Shown: positions 30,931 to 43,819, counted from the first letter of the stretch. The stretch: 64,000 bases of DNA from Pseudomonadota bacterium (GCA_040754275.1 JBFMCW010000001.1:37025-101024); one strand, 5' to 3'. The notes: a model not told the origin generated them from the letters alone. Numbers and translations: made by a program.

Positions 30931-31005
30931 TGGCTGGGGAGGTAGGGATCGAACCTACGAATGTCGGAATCAAAATCCGATGCCTTACCACTTGGCGACT
31001 CCCCA
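30931..31005 (-). tRNA. tRNA-Gln (TTG)
   Basis: TGGGGAGTCGCCAAGTGGTAAGGC...TTTTGAT...GGTTCGA...AGCCA; canonical ispE-tRNAGln-prs context. Confidence 0.97.
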
Positions 31006-31012
31006 ACGGGTG

Positions 31013-31849
31013 CTACTCGGCGCAGAAATCGTACAGAGGATGCCTGTCCAGACCCTGCGCCACAAAGCCTCGCATCGTACCGGGCAATCGGCGGAGCACG
31101 TCACGCGCCGCGTCTTCCGTGTCGAACGATGCGAACACGCAGGCCCCGGAACCGGTCATTCGCGCCTCGCCGAATTGCGCCAGCCATGCGAGATGACGGG
31201 CCACTTCGGGATACCGCTTGACGACCACCGGCTCGAGGTCGTTCCGACCCATGCCTGCGGAAAAGGGCGCTATTTTGAGGGGCGGCGTGTCGCGTGTCAA
31301 TTCCGGTGCGGCAAAAACCGACGCGGTCGGTACATGCACAGGGGGTGTCAATACCACATACCACGCAGGCGCCGCCGCCGCCGCATGCAGGATTTCCCCA
31401 ACGCCTTCGGCAAAGGCCGTGCGACCAAACACGAAGACCGGCACGTCGGCCCCGAGTTGCAAGGCCAGAGACTGCAGTTCGCCACGCGACAGGTTCACCT
31501 CCCACAGGCGGTTGAGTGCCAGCAGCACGGTAGCGGCGTCCGAACTGCCGCCACCCAGCCCACCGCCCATGGGCACACGTTTGTCCAGCCGGATGTTCAC
31601 GCCTGCCCCATCCGGGGCACGGGTTTGCAGCAGACGTGCCGCCCGCACGGTGAGATCCTGCGCCTCCGTCACGCCGGGCACGTCGCCCTGGCGGGCGATC
31701 ACGCCGTCATCGCGCGGCTCGATGTGCACGACATCGGCACGGTCGATCAGCCTGAACACGCTCTGTAACAGGTGATAGCCGTCCGCGCGCCGGCCAACGA
31801 CATGCAGGAACAGGTTGAGTTTGGCGGGCGCCGGAAAGGAGAGGCTCAT
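31013..31849 (-). CDS. ispE: 4-diphosphocytidyl-2-C-methyl-D-erythritol kinase
   Basis: Start at ATG 31849; PAPAKLNLFLH, PMGGGLGGGSSDAA, GADVP, MTGSGAC. Confidence 0.98.
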   Translation of the reverse strand: MSLSFPAPAKLNLFLHVVGRRADGYHLLQSVFRLIDRADVVHIEPRDDGVIARQGDVPGVTEAQDLTVRAARLLQTRAPDGAGVNIRLDKRVPMGGGLGGGSSDAATVLLALNRLWEVNLSRGELQSLALQLGADVPVFVFGRTAFAEGVGEILHAAAAAPAWYVVLTPPVHVPTASVFAAPELTRDTPPLKIAPFSAGMGRNDLEPVVVKRYPEVARHLAWLAQFGEARMTGSGACVFASFDTEDAARDVLRRLPGTMRGFVAQGLDRHPLYDFCAE

Positions 31850-32397
31850 TCCGCCTGCCATTCGTCCGCCACGAGACGAATCTCCAGGCCTTCGCGATTC
31901 AGCGTCAGCTTGCGCGGACGAGTATCGACGTATTGCAGGTAATCGATGGTCCAGCCATCCTGCTTCAGGCGCTCCAGCCGCCCTGACGCATCGCGGTTGG
32001 CCTCGAACGGCCGGGCGGGATCGGGCAGGGCCTGCACCCACCAGACAAGGCCGGCGAGCGGCAGAGCGTAGCCCAGCGCATCGCGGGTGAGGGCTTCGGC
32101 GTCAGGCGCCATCCGCAACGCCTCTCCCGGCACGTCGAGCATCACACCGTTGTAAGTGCGCTCGATGCGGGCGACCCCCTGTCCGAGCGGCGACGCCAGC
32201 AAAAGCTCATCGAAATCGGGGCGGTGCTGCCAGCGCAGATTGCCGGACAGGCTTTGCGCTTCGCTCTGGATGCCGATGCGGCCCGCAAGAGTCCAGCGGG
32301 AGGCCGGTGTGGCGGACGGCAATGACGGTAGCACGGGCACGGATGTACACGCGACCAGCAGCAAGGCCGGCAGCCATGCGGCCAGAAGGGAGCGCAT
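31846..32397 (-). CDS. lolB: Outer-membrane lipoprotein insertase LolB
   Basis: Start at ATG 32397; lipobox LLVAC; LASPLGQ, GYALPLAGLVWWV, QDGWTIDY; upstream of ispE. Confidence 0.9.
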   Translation of the reverse strand: MRSLLAAWLPALLLVACTSVPVLPSLPSATPASRWTLAGRIGIQSEAQSLSGNLRWQHRPDFDELLLASPLGQGVARIERTYNGVMLDVPGEALRMAPDAEALTRDALGYALPLAGLVWWVQALPDPARPFEANRDASGRLERLKQDGWTIDYLQYVDTRPRKLTLNREGLEIRLVADEWQAE

Positions 32398-34157
32398 CAG
32401 GGTTTCAGCCGGCGCAGGGTTTCCAGCAATACTTCGTTCTGCGGATGGGTCTGCAGGCTCGATTGCCACAGCCTGCCCGCTGCGTCGTGCTGACCGCGCG
32501 CCCAGAGCACTTCGCCCAGATGGGCGGCAATTTCGGGGTCGGGCCGCATCTTGAAGGCACGTTCGAGGTACTCCTGCGCGCGCGCCAGGTTGCCCGAACG
32601 GAATTGCGCCCAGCCGACGCTGTCGAGAATGAAAGGATCGTTGGGCGCCAGCGCCAGCGCCTTGTCGAGCAGCACCACGGCTTCGGCCAGCCGGTCAGTG
32701 CGGTCTGCCAGCGTGTAGCCCAGCGCGTTGTAGGCTTGCGCATCCTCCGGGCGCAGCGCGATCACGCGACGCAGATCGGCTTCCAGCACATCCAGCTTGC
32801 CGAGCTTCTCGGCCGCCATCGCACGGTCGTACAGCAGGTCGGGGGCGTCCGGGAAACGCTTGAGGCCCTCGCTCAGGGTATCGAATTCCACGCTGTGCTG
32901 CTTGTCATTGCGCAGCAGTTCGGCCTGGGCCTGGATCAAGCGGATGTTCTGGGCGTCACTCTCACCCCGGGTTGCGGCGAGCAGCGTACGCGCTTCGTCG
33001 AGTTTGCCGGCACGTGCGAGGATACCGGCCTGGCGCGCACGCGCGGACACCAGATAATTACCACCCTGCACCTTGGCGTAATGCGCTCCTGCGGTAGCGG
33101 GCTGCTTCATCTGTTCGGCGGCCTGGCCAAGATAGTAGTAGACCGTATCCGGTTCACGCGGATTGTAGTCCAGCGTTTGCGTCAGCAGGTCGCGCGCGGC
33201 GGCCACATCACCCATCTGCAGGGAAAGCAGTCCTGCGGCAAAGCTCACTTCGGCATTGCGCGGGAAGTCCTGCGTGAGCCGGGTGAACTCGGCATGGGCT
33301 TCCGGAAACTGATTGGCGTTGACCAGGGTACGCGCGTAGGCGAGCCGCACCTCGCGTGCGCCGGCATGGACGGCAAGGAAATCGCGCATGAAGGCCAGCG
33401 CATCGGCACGCGAGGTTTTAGCCAGGATCTGGGCACGCAAGAGCGCAGCGGGTTCCCAGCCGGCACGTAGGTCGTCCGCCCGTTTCAGGGCCTCGACGGC
33501 CATGTCGAGACGCCCGGCGTTGGCCGCAGCCTGGGCCACCGCAAAATGGGCTTCAGGCAGGGACGGGGAGTCTGCCGCCAGGCGCTCCACAAGCTCCAGG
33601 GCGGCCTTGGTGTCGCGTGTCTTGCCCATCATGGCGGAAAGATGCAGGAAGGCATTGCCCCCCTCCGCCTTGAGCAGGTCGTGCAGGATGGGTTCGGCCT
33701 CCTCCAGCTTTCCCTCGTTCAGCAGCAGTGCGGCCAGGGTCTGACGCGCACGCTCGGATTCGGGTTCGGCACCGGCCCAGAGGCGGGTGGCTTCCAGGGC
33801 ATCGGCCTGGTTGCGCGCGAACATCGACACTTCGGCAGCACGGCGTGCGATGCGGGGATCGCGCGTCTGGCGGGCAAGATCGAGATAGGTGGACTGCGCA
33901 ATGCCGATTGCACCACGCTGGCCCGCCACCTCGGCGACCAGAAACTTGAACAGGATATCCGGTGTCAGCGGCTGCTTGGGCAAGCCCGCTTCGGCATGGG
34001 CCTTGGCCGTTTCCTCGGCCTCCGGCGCGACCGTGACTTCCGGCTTGGCGGGTTCGGTTTCCACCGCTACGGGCTGCGAAGCACGTACCCCGGTCTGGCC
34101 GCACGCGCTCGCAAGCAACAGAGCAGCGGTGATAGGAAGGAGTTTGAACGCTTTCAT
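32397..34157 (-). CDS. Tetratricopeptide-repeat lipoprotein
   Basis: Start at ATG 34157; lipobox LASAC; repeated helical units (NALGYTLAD, DSVGW, EIAAHLGEVLW); conserved position upstream of lolB. Confidence 0.9.
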   Translation of the reverse strand: MKAFKLLPITAALLLASACGQTGVRASQPVAVETEPAKPEVTVAPEAEETAKAHAEAGLPKQPLTPDILFKFLVAEVAGQRGAIGIAQSTYLDLARQTRDPRIARRAAEVSMFARNQADALEATRLWAGAEPESERARQTLAALLLNEGKLEEAEPILHDLLKAEGGNAFLHLSAMMGKTRDTKAALELVERLAADSPSLPEAHFAVAQAAANAGRLDMAVEALKRADDLRAGWEPAALLRAQILAKTSRADALAFMRDFLAVHAGAREVRLAYARTLVNANQFPEAHAEFTRLTQDFPRNAEVSFAAGLLSLQMGDVAAARDLLTQTLDYNPREPDTVYYYLGQAAEQMKQPATAGAHYAKVQGGNYLVSARARQAGILARAGKLDEARTLLAATRGESDAQNIRLIQAQAELLRNDKQHSVEFDTLSEGLKRFPDAPDLLYDRAMAAEKLGKLDVLEADLRRVIALRPEDAQAYNALGYTLADRTDRLAEAVVLLDKALALAPNDPFILDSVGWAQFRSGNLARAQEYLERAFKMRPDPEIAAHLGEVLWARGQHDAAGRLWQSSLQTHPQNEVLLETLRRLKP

Positions 34158-34244
34158 GGATGGCCTGACGTGGGTTGCTGTGACGATTCTATGCTTTCGA
34201 GGGCAGCCTGCAAGCAAGGTTCACGGTCGGGCTAGAATCCCGGC

Positions 34245-35057
34245 ATGCCCGAATTGCCCGAAGTCGAAACCACCCGCCGCGGACTGATACCACAGCTCGC
34301 GGGCCGCCGGCTCGCGCGCGTGATCGTCCGCAATCCGCACCTGCGCTGGCCGGTGCCCGACGACCTGACGGCCCAGCTCGGCGGCCGCAACCTCGATGCC
34401 ATCAACCGGCGAGGCAAGTATCTGCTGTTCGATTTCGGCAGCGCGACCCAGATCGTGCACCTCGGCATGTCCGGCAGTTTGCGCTTGACCCGGCCGGAGG
34501 AGCCGCCAGGCATACACGACCACGTGGACTGGCTGTTCGAGGACGGCATTCTCATGCGTTTGCGCGACCCGCGCCGTTTCGGTGCCGTGCTGTGCACCGA
34601 CGCACCGGCGATCCACCCCCTGCTCGCGCACCTTGGCCCCGAACCCCTGACCGACGCCTTCGATGGCAGCTATCTCCACGCACAGTGCCAGCGTCGCGGC
34701 AGCGCGATCAAGCAAATAATCATGGATGCCAGCGTCGTGGTCGGGGTTGGCAACATCTACGCATCGGAATCCCTGTTCCACGCCGGGATTCGTCCCGGCA
34801 CCGCTGCACGTCGCCTGTCGCGACCGGCCTGCGCCCGTCTGGCCGCTGCCATCAAGAAGGTACTCGCGGCCGCCATTGCTGCCGGGGGCAGTTCCTTGCG
34901 CGATTATGTCGCCACCGATGGCGAGCTCGGCTACTTCCAGCTCCAGACGCGCGTGTATGACCGTACCGGCCTGCCCTGCAAGATGTGCGGTGCGCCGATC
35001 CGGCGCACCGTACAGAGCCAGCGCGCCAGCTTCTACTGTCCCGTCTGCCAGCGCTGA
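34245..35057 (+). CDS. mutM: Formamidopyrimidine-DNA glycosylase
   Basis: MPELPEVET, RRGKY, HLGMSG, GVGNIY, C-terminal CxxC...CxxC Zn finger. Confidence 0.99.
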   Translation: MPELPEVETTRRGLIPQLAGRRLARVIVRNPHLRWPVPDDLTAQLGGRNLDAINRRGKYLLFDFGSATQIVHLGMSGSLRLTRPEEPPGIHDHVDWLFEDGILMRLRDPRRFGAVLCTDAPAIHPLLAHLGPEPLTDAFDGSYLHAQCQRRGSAIKQIIMDASVVVGVGNIYASESLFHAGIRPGTAARRLSRPACARLAAAIKKVLAAAIAAGGSSLRDYVATDGELGYFQLQTRVYDRTGLPCKMCGAPIRRTVQSQRASFYCPVCQR

Positions 35058-35144
35058 ACGACCGGGGCGACCATAAGGTCGCCATTCGTCAAGTTTGTCA
35101 TTAACATGTCGTTAAATATCCGAGCCTTATCCGCGGGACGGCCC

Positions 35145-37109
35145 ATGATTTCCACCACGCTGGTCGACGAGTTCGAGCATTACAGTGCTTGGCGCGATGC
35201 GCTCTTCGTGCGCGTGGAAGCCTTGCGTGCCTGGCTCGCGGCGCAGGGTCTCGACAATGGCGAATCCGACCTGCGTCTTGACCAGGTGCTCGGCCGGCTG
35301 CAGGAGGACACCCTCAATGTGGCTTTCGTCGCCGAGTTCTCGCGTGGCAAGTCCGAACTCATCAACGCGATCTTTTTTTCCGACTACCGCCAGCGCGTGC
35401 TGCCGTCGTCGGCGGGGCGCACGACCATGTGTCCCACCGAGCTGTATTTCGATCCGCGCCACCGTCCAGCGTTGCGCCTGCTGCCGATCGAGACCAAGAC
35501 ACGCGAGGGCAGCATTGCCGATTTCAAACGCGACCCGGATGCCTGGACCGAATTTCCGCTCAATCTCGATTCCGCCGAGGAGATGAGCACCGTGCTGATG
35601 CGACTCGCCGACACCCAACCGGTCGATGCCGCCACCGCCGAGGCCTACGGTCTTATCGATCCGCAAGACGAGGAAACCGCCCGCACACTGGGCCGCGATG
35701 GCACCATTGCCATTCCACGCTGGCGCCATGCCCTCATCAATTTCCCCCATCCGCTGTTGAAGCAGGGCCTGGTCATACTTGACACACCGGGCCTGAATGC
35801 CATCGGGACAGAGCCCGAACTCACGCTCAGCATGTTGCCGAGCGCACACGCCGTACTGTTTCTGCTCGCAGCGGACACCGGCGTGACCAAATCCGACATC
35901 GAAATCTGGCGGCATCATATTGCCCCCGTCCTCGGTGCCAGCCGCGCACGTCTGGTAGTACTGAACAAGATTGATGGCCTGTGGGACGAATTGAAGACCG
36001 ATGATCAGGTCGATGCCGAGATCGCCAAGCAGGTTGCAGCGAGCGCAGCCCTGCTCGATCTGCCTGCCAGTCAGGTCTACCCGGCTTCCGCGCAAAAGGC
36101 CCTGGTCGCCAAGGTGCGTCACGACGATGCCTTGCTGGCCAAAAGCCGCCTGCCTGAACTGGAGGCCGCCCTGTCGCAGGAACTGATCCCCTGCAAACAG
36201 GCCCTGGTCGGCGAATCGACGCAGACCACCGTGGAAGACGTAGTAGTCCGGACGACCGAACTGCTGGAGGCCCGCCTCGCGACGATCCAGGACCAGGTGG
36301 ACGAACTGGAAAGTCTGCGCGGCAAGAATCGCGACGTGATCCAGCACATGATGGTGAAGGCGAACGAGGACAAGCAGCAGTTCGAACGTGGCCTGCAGCA
36401 ATTCAACGCCCTGCGCACCGTATTCGCGGGACAGGTGGACAGCCTGCGCCAGCGATTGGGCATGGATACGCTGCGCCGGGAAGTGAAGCAGACCCGGCTT
36501 GCCATGGAAAAGAGCCGTTTCAGTGCGGGGCTGCGCGAATCGATGACGCATTTCTTCCGCCAGCTGAACGACAACCTCGACGCATCCGCGCTGACCATCC
36601 AGGAAATCCGCGCCATGATGACGGCGATGTACCAGAAGTTCAGCGACGAACACGGGCTCGCGATGGTCAATCCGCCCGAGCACAGTCTGACCAAGTACCG
36701 CAAGGAAATGGCGCGCCTGGAACGCATCTTCGATGAACGCTTCAACACGCTGTTCAGCATGCTGACGGTCGGCCAGCATCAGCTGACCGCCCGCTTCTTC
36801 GAAACGCTGGCCAGCAAGGTGGTGCAGATATTCGAGTTCGCCAACAGCGAAACCGAATCCTGGCTGAAGGCGCTGATCGCGCCGATGGAAACCCAGGTGC
36901 GCGAACACAAGATCCAGCTGAAGCGCCGTCTGGACAGCGTGAGCCGCATCCATGCGGCGACCGAGACGCTGGATGAACGCATCGCCGAACTCGATGCCGC
37001 GATGGGTACAGTGAGCGATCAGATCGAGCAGCTGGCGCGCATCAACGCGCGCATCGCCGACGCACTGGCCGACAATCTCGCCAGCGCGCCTCTGGCAAGA
37101 ACCGCCTGA
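35145..37109 (+). CDS. Dynamin-like GTPase family protein
   Basis: G1 AEFSRGKS, TMCPT, G3 DTPG, G4 NKID, long helical C-terminus; start at 35145 or 35106. Confidence 0.85.
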   Translation: MISTTLVDEFEHYSAWRDALFVRVEALRAWLAAQGLDNGESDLRLDQVLGRLQEDTLNVAFVAEFSRGKSELINAIFFSDYRQRVLPSSAGRTTMCPTELYFDPRHRPALRLLPIETKTREGSIADFKRDPDAWTEFPLNLDSAEEMSTVLMRLADTQPVDAATAEAYGLIDPQDEETARTLGRDGTIAIPRWRHALINFPHPLLKQGLVILDTPGLNAIGTEPELTLSMLPSAHAVLFLLAADTGVTKSDIEIWRHHIAPVLGASRARLVVLNKIDGLWDELKTDDQVDAEIAKQVAASAALLDLPASQVYPASAQKALVAKVRHDDALLAKSRLPELEAALSQELIPCKQALVGESTQTTVEDVVVRTTELLEARLATIQDQVDELESLRGKNRDVIQHMMVKANEDKQQFERGLQQFNALRTVFAGQVDSLRQRLGMDTLRREVKQTRLAMEKSRFSAGLRESMTHFFRQLNDNLDASALTIQEIRAMMTAMYQKFSDEHGLAMVNPPEHSLTKYRKEMARLERIFDERFNTLFSMLTVGQHQLTARFFETLASKVVQIFEFANSETESWLKALIAPMETQVREHKIQLKRRLDSVSRIHAATETLDERIAELDAAMGTVSDQIEQLARINARIADALADNLASAPLARTA

Positions 37110-37121
37110 ATCGGCCGGGAC

Positions 37122-38441
<1,320 letters not shown>

Positions 38442-38452
<11 letters not shown>

Positions 38453-39746
38453 CCGGCCCCACCACCACGGTCGTCAGCCGGGCCGGATCGAGCCGGCGTG
38501 CGAAAGCCTGTTTCACGCCTGCGACGTCCACCGCATTGACCTTGTCGACCCAGGTATCCAGATAATCCAGCGGTAGCCGGTAGAAACCGATCACCGACAG
38601 GTAATCGAGGATTTTCCTGTTGCTGTCGATGCGCAACGGGAAGCCTCCGGTCAGATTGTCCCTCGCCTGCCGGAGCTCGGTCTCGCTCGGTCCCTTTGCG
38701 ACGAAATCGCGCAGCGTCTCAATCGCCACCCCGAGGGCATCATCGGCCTGTTCAGCCTTGGTCTGCAAGCCCAGCTGGAACGGCCCGGCCTTACGCATGG
38801 GCAGAAAATAACTGTAGGCGCTGTAGGCATAGCCGCGCCTGTCGCGCACCTCGCGCATCAGACGCGAATCGAAACCGCCGCCGCCCAGCACGTAGTTGCC
38901 GACGAACAGCGGAAAGAAATCGGGATCGTCACGTGCCATCCCCACTGTGCCCACCAGCACGTGGCTTTGCGCAGAGGGAAAATCGATGCGTTCACTGCGT
39001 GCCGCACCGGATACGGGCGCCGGCAGCCCTGCCAGCGCCTTGCCTGCGGGCAGGCCGTCAGCGATGCGTGCGGCGATGGCCTCGGCTTCGGCACGGCTCA
39101 CGTCGCCGATCAACGCGATGACGGCATTGGGTGCACTGTAGTGGGTACGGTAGAAGCTTTGCAGGTCCGCCCGGGTGAAGCTGGTGATCGCATCCGGTTC
39201 ACCTGCCTCGTCGTGCGCATAGGGATGCGTGCCGTAGAGCGCACGGTAAAAAGCCTTTTCGGCAATCGTGCCGGGATCGGCCTCGGCTTCGCGTATACCC
39301 GCGATCAGGCGCTTTTTTTCCCGCTGCACGACGGCCTGCGGGAAATCCGGACGCTGCAGTACGCGCATGAACACATCCAGCGCCTGGGTTTTCTCGCGCG
39401 CAGAGGTCAGCGTACGCAGGCTGACGCCTGTACGATCGCGGTCGAAGCTGCCGGACAGCACCGCGCCGACATCGGCGAGGCGGTGCGCGATCTCGGTATC
39501 CGACCAGCCTCCCGCCCCCTGATCGAGCAGGCCATGCGTGAGTTGCGCAAGCCCGGGCCTGGCCGCGGGATCGCGCGCACTGCCAGCGGGGAAGCTCACA
39601 GCGAGATCGAGCATGGGCAGACTGCGGCTCTCGACGAAATAGACGTGCGCACCCTGCGGTGTCTGCCAGTGCTGGATGGCGAGCGCAGCCTGGGCACCGA
39701 ATGGCAGGCACAACACGAGGCAGGCCAGAAAATGCTTAATTGACAT
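38442..39746 (-). CDS. M16B peptidase family protein, non-catalytic subunit
   Basis: Signal peptide; M16 fold features but no HxxEH (region reads LAQLTHGLLDQG); GGGGFDSRL. Confidence 0.85.
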
Positions 39747-41094
39747 GGCGCATACCCTCTACCCCGGCGCGGCGCGCCTGCTTCTGGATGGGTTGAGGCG
39801 CCAGTTCTGCGACACTCAACCGGTCGTCGTTCAGCCATTTCCGGGCAGCCGCACGCACCTCCTCGGCAGTCACCTCGCGCAGCTTGTCGACCCGCCGCGC
39901 CAACGCCTCGGGCGGCAGGCCGGCGGTAACGTATTCGCCCAGCTGCATGGCTTGGTAGAACAGCGAGTCGCGTTGATATACGTCCGCCGCGATGACCTGC
40001 GCCTTGACGCGTGCAAGCTCTGCCTCGCTGACCCCGTCTTTCTGGATGCGCGCAATTTCGGCACGTATCGCCTTTTCGAGCTCGGCGACCGTCTTGCCGG
40101 TCGCGGGCGTCGCATCGATCATGAACATGCCTGGTCCGCGCGCAACGCTGTCATACCCGGCGCTTGCATTCACCGCAACCTGGCTGGTCTTGACCAGCGA
40201 CTTCTGCAGGCGCGCCGAATCATTCCCGGAAAGCACGCCGGCAAGGATCTGCAATGCATAGGGTTCGCGATCCTGCTCCCAGTTTCCAAGCCGGGGGGCG
40301 TGCCATGCCATCAACAGGTAGGGCAGCTTGGCTGGTGCCTTGACCACGATGCGCTTGCCACCGAGCTGTTCTACCTCCGTCTGCGGCTTGCGCAGGGGTA
40401 ACGGTCTGGCAGGAATCGGGCCGAAATGCTTTTTGGCCAGCGCGATCACGTCGTCGGACTTGACGTCGCCCGCCACCACGAGTGTGGCGTTGTTCGGGGC
40501 GTACCAGCGCACATACCAGTCGCGCGCGTCCTGTGCAGTCATGTTCTGCAGATCGTCCATCCAGCCGATAATGGGACGGCGGTAGGGATGGGTCTGGTAA
40601 GCCGTGGCCATCAGGCGCTCGTAGACCACCGACTGCGGCTGGTCGTCCGTCCGCAGTCGGCGCTCCTCCATCACCACCTGGATTTCCCTGGCAAAGAGTT
40701 CGTCGCTGATAACGAGATTGGCCATGCGGTCCGCTTCTAGCTGCATCGACAGCTCCAGCCTGTCTCTCTGCATCTGCTGGAAATAGGCCGTGTGGTCACG
40801 GCTGGTAAAGGCATTCTCGCGCCCGCCTGCTGCGGCGATGCGCCTGGAAAACTCGCCCGGCGGCACGTCCTTGGTGCCCTTGAACATCATGTGTTCCAGC
40901 ACGTGCGCCACACCGGTCGTGCCGTTGAATTCGTCGATGCTGCCGGCGCGATACCATACCTGCGACACCATGACCGGCGCACGCCGGTCCTCCTGCACGA
41001 TCACGCGCATGCCGTTATCCAGCGTGACATCGGTCACGGCTGCCTGCACACCGGCAGCCGCCACAGCCAGCAGAATTCCCCATAGGCTCCGCAT
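39736..41094 (-). CDS. M16B zinc peptidase, catalytic subunit
   Basis: Signal peptide; HVLEH zinc motif, ENAFT, VVMEERR. Confidence 0.92.
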   Translation of the reverse strand: MRSLWGILLAVAAAGVQAAVTDVTLDNGMRVIVQEDRRAPVMVSQVWYRAGSIDEFNGTTGVAHVLEHMMFKGTKDVPPGEFSRRIAAAGGRENAFTSRDHTAYFQQMQRDRLELSMQLEADRMANLVISDELFAREIQVVMEERRLRTDDQPQSVVYERLMATAYQTHPYRRPIIGWMDDLQNMTAQDARDWYVRWYAPNNATLVVAGDVKSDDVIALAKKHFGPIPARPLPLRKPQTEVEQLGGKRIVVKAPAKLPYLLMAWHAPRLGNWEQDREPYALQILAGVLSGNDSARLQKSLVKTSQVAVNASAGYDSVARGPGMFMIDATPATGKTVAELEKAIRAEIARIQKDGVSEAELARVKAQVIAADVYQRDSLFYQAMQLGEYVTAGLPPEALARRVDKLREVTAEEVRAAARKWLNDDRLSVAELAPQPIQKQARRAGVEGMRHVN

Positions 41095-41172
41095 GTTTAC
41101 ACCTCGGTTGGTTAGAGTACGAATGATAAGATAGGTCTGTCTGTCAAACTGCTGTCCTGACCGCCCGAATCC

Positions 41173-42216
41173 GTGTTTAGTTTCTTCAAGTCCAAGCCGC
41201 CTGCCGCCGATGCGAACGCGACTGCGCCCGACACATCCTCAGTTGCCCCCTCTGTGTCAGCCGCAGCCGAACCTACGGCCGCCGCCAGGCCAGGCTGGGC
41301 GCAACGGCTGAAGCAGGGCCTCGCCAAGACACGCGAGAAGCTGGGGGGCCAGCTTGCCAGCCTGTTCGGCGCAGGCCGCAAGATCGACGCCGAGCTGTTC
41401 GAGGAACTCGAAAGCATCCTGCTTACTGCTGACGTCGGCGTGGACGCAACGCAGGCCCTGCTTGATGCCCTGCAGAATAAAGTACGTCGCGAGGGCCTCA
41501 CCGAAGCCGCCGACCTGCAGGCCGCGCTCAAGCAGGCGCTGGTCGATCTGCTCGCTCCGCTGCAGGCACCGCTGGACGTCACGCCGCGCAAACCGTTCAT
41601 CCTCATGCTCGCCGGCGTCAATGGCGCCGGCAAAACCACGACCATCGGGAAGCTTGCCAAGCTGTACCAGTCGCAGGGGCTGTCTGTCCTCCTCGCCGCG
41701 GGTGACACCTTCCGTGCGGCCGCACGCGAGCAGTTGCAGGTCTGGGGTGAACGCAACAACGTCACCGTCATCAGTCAGGAGAAGGGCGACTCGGCAGCAG
41801 TGATCTTCGACGCCATCGCCGCCGCACGCGCGCGCAACATCGACGTGGTGCTGGCCGACACCGCCGGACGCCTGCCGACCCAGCTGCACCTGATGGAGGA
41901 GATCCGCAAGGTCAAGCGGGTCATCGAGAAAGCCATTCCCGGTGCCCCGCACGAAGTTCTGCTGGTGCTCGACGCCAATACCGGGCAGAACGCGGTCACC
42001 CAGGTCAAGGCCTTCGACGACGCGCTTGGCGTGACCGGGCTCGCGCTAACCAAGCTCGACGGCACGGCCAAGGGTGGTGCCATTGCCGCCATCGCCCACG
42101 CCTGCGCGGCACGTTCACGATCCATCCCTGTGCGCTACATCGGTGTAGGCGAAAGTCTCGACGACCTGAGGCCTTTCGACGCCCGCGATTTCGTCGAGGC
42201 CATTTTCAGCATCTGA
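41173..42216 (+). CDS. ftsY: SRP receptor GTPase FtsY
   Basis: GTG start; GVNGAGKTTT, DTFRAAA, DTAGRL, TKLDGTAKGG. Confidence 0.99.
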   Translation: MFSFFKSKPPAADANATAPDTSSVAPSVSAAAEPTAAARPGWAQRLKQGLAKTREKLGGQLASLFGAGRKIDAELFEELESILLTADVGVDATQALLDALQNKVRREGLTEAADLQAALKQALVDLLAPLQAPLDVTPRKPFILMLAGVNGAGKTTTIGKLAKLYQSQGLSVLLAAGDTFRAAAREQLQVWGERNNVTVISQEKGDSAAVIFDAIAAARARNIDVVLADTAGRLPTQLHLMEEIRKVKRVIEKAIPGAPHEVLLVLDANTGQNAVTQVKAFDDALGVTGLALTKLDGTAKGGAIAAIAHACAARSRSIPVRYIGVGESLDDLRPFDARDFVEAIFSI

Positions 42217-42220
42217 GTGC

Positions 42221-42879
<659 letters not shown>

Positions 42880-42883
<4 letters not shown>

Positions 42884-43788
42884 GAACTTGGTTGCGGCAT
42901 CAGAGAGCTGCCTTCCGCAGCGCCCTGGCGCGCCTTGCCACCCAGCCATTGGCGAGCATGCTGACGGCACTGGCCATGGGCGTGGCGATCAGTCTGCCCG
43001 CCGGACTCTACCTCGCATTGGGCAATTTTGCCCAGCTGGCGGGCGAGATGCCTGCCCAGCCGGAAATCAGCCTCTATCTTGCTGCCGACGCCACCCCAGC
43101 CCAGGAGTCAGCCCTGGCCACCCGGCTGAAGCAGCCTGATGTCGCGCATGCGCGACGTGTGGACAAGGATGAGGCACTGGCTGCCCTCAGTTCAGCGCAG
43201 GACCTGACCGACGTCACCGCCGGCCTGCCCGGCAATCCTTTGCCCGATGCCTGGATCGTTCAACCCAGGGACACCTCACGGGCGGGGCTTACACAGCTCG
43301 CCCAGGCACTCGGCGCACGTCCCGGGGTGGCTGAGGTACACATCGACAGCCAGTGGGCGGAGCGCCTTGCCGCGGCACTCGCTATCGGCCACACCGGGGT
43401 ATGGTTGCTCGCCGCCCTTTTTGCGGTTGCGCTGGTGGCAATCTCGGGCAACGCGATCCGTGCTCAGGTGCTGGCCCGTCGCGACGAAATCCAGGTCAGC
43501 CGGCTGATCGGCGCAACCGACCGCCATATCCGCCGGCCTTTCCTCTTCGTGGGGACCTTGCAGGGCCTGCTGGGCGGTGCGGTCGCCCTGGGCGTACTCG
43601 CCGCTTCCGGTGCCTTGCTGCAGGGGCCGGTCACCCATCTCGCGAACCTCTACGGCTCGGCCTATCAGCTGGCACCGCCCACACTTGCCGAACTGGCCGT
43701 GGTTCTGGGCTTGCCTGCGCTTTTTGGCTGGCTGGGCGCCTGGCTATCCGTGACCCGTGCACTGGGCCAGGTCGAGGCCGGACACTGA
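42880..43788 (+). CDS. ftsX: Cell division permease FtsX
   Basis: Start reassigned to ATG at 42880 (MRTWLRHQ); four TM segments; LIGATDRHIRRPFL. Confidence 0.93.
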
Positions 43789-43819
43789 TTTTTCCCGATT
43801 CAGGGAACCGGTTGCAGAT

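Noticed and set aside
41095-41172. TTGACA (41147-41142) in the M16/ftsY divergent spacer
   Set aside because: No acceptable -10 at 16-18 nt spacing, so a promoter cannot be supported
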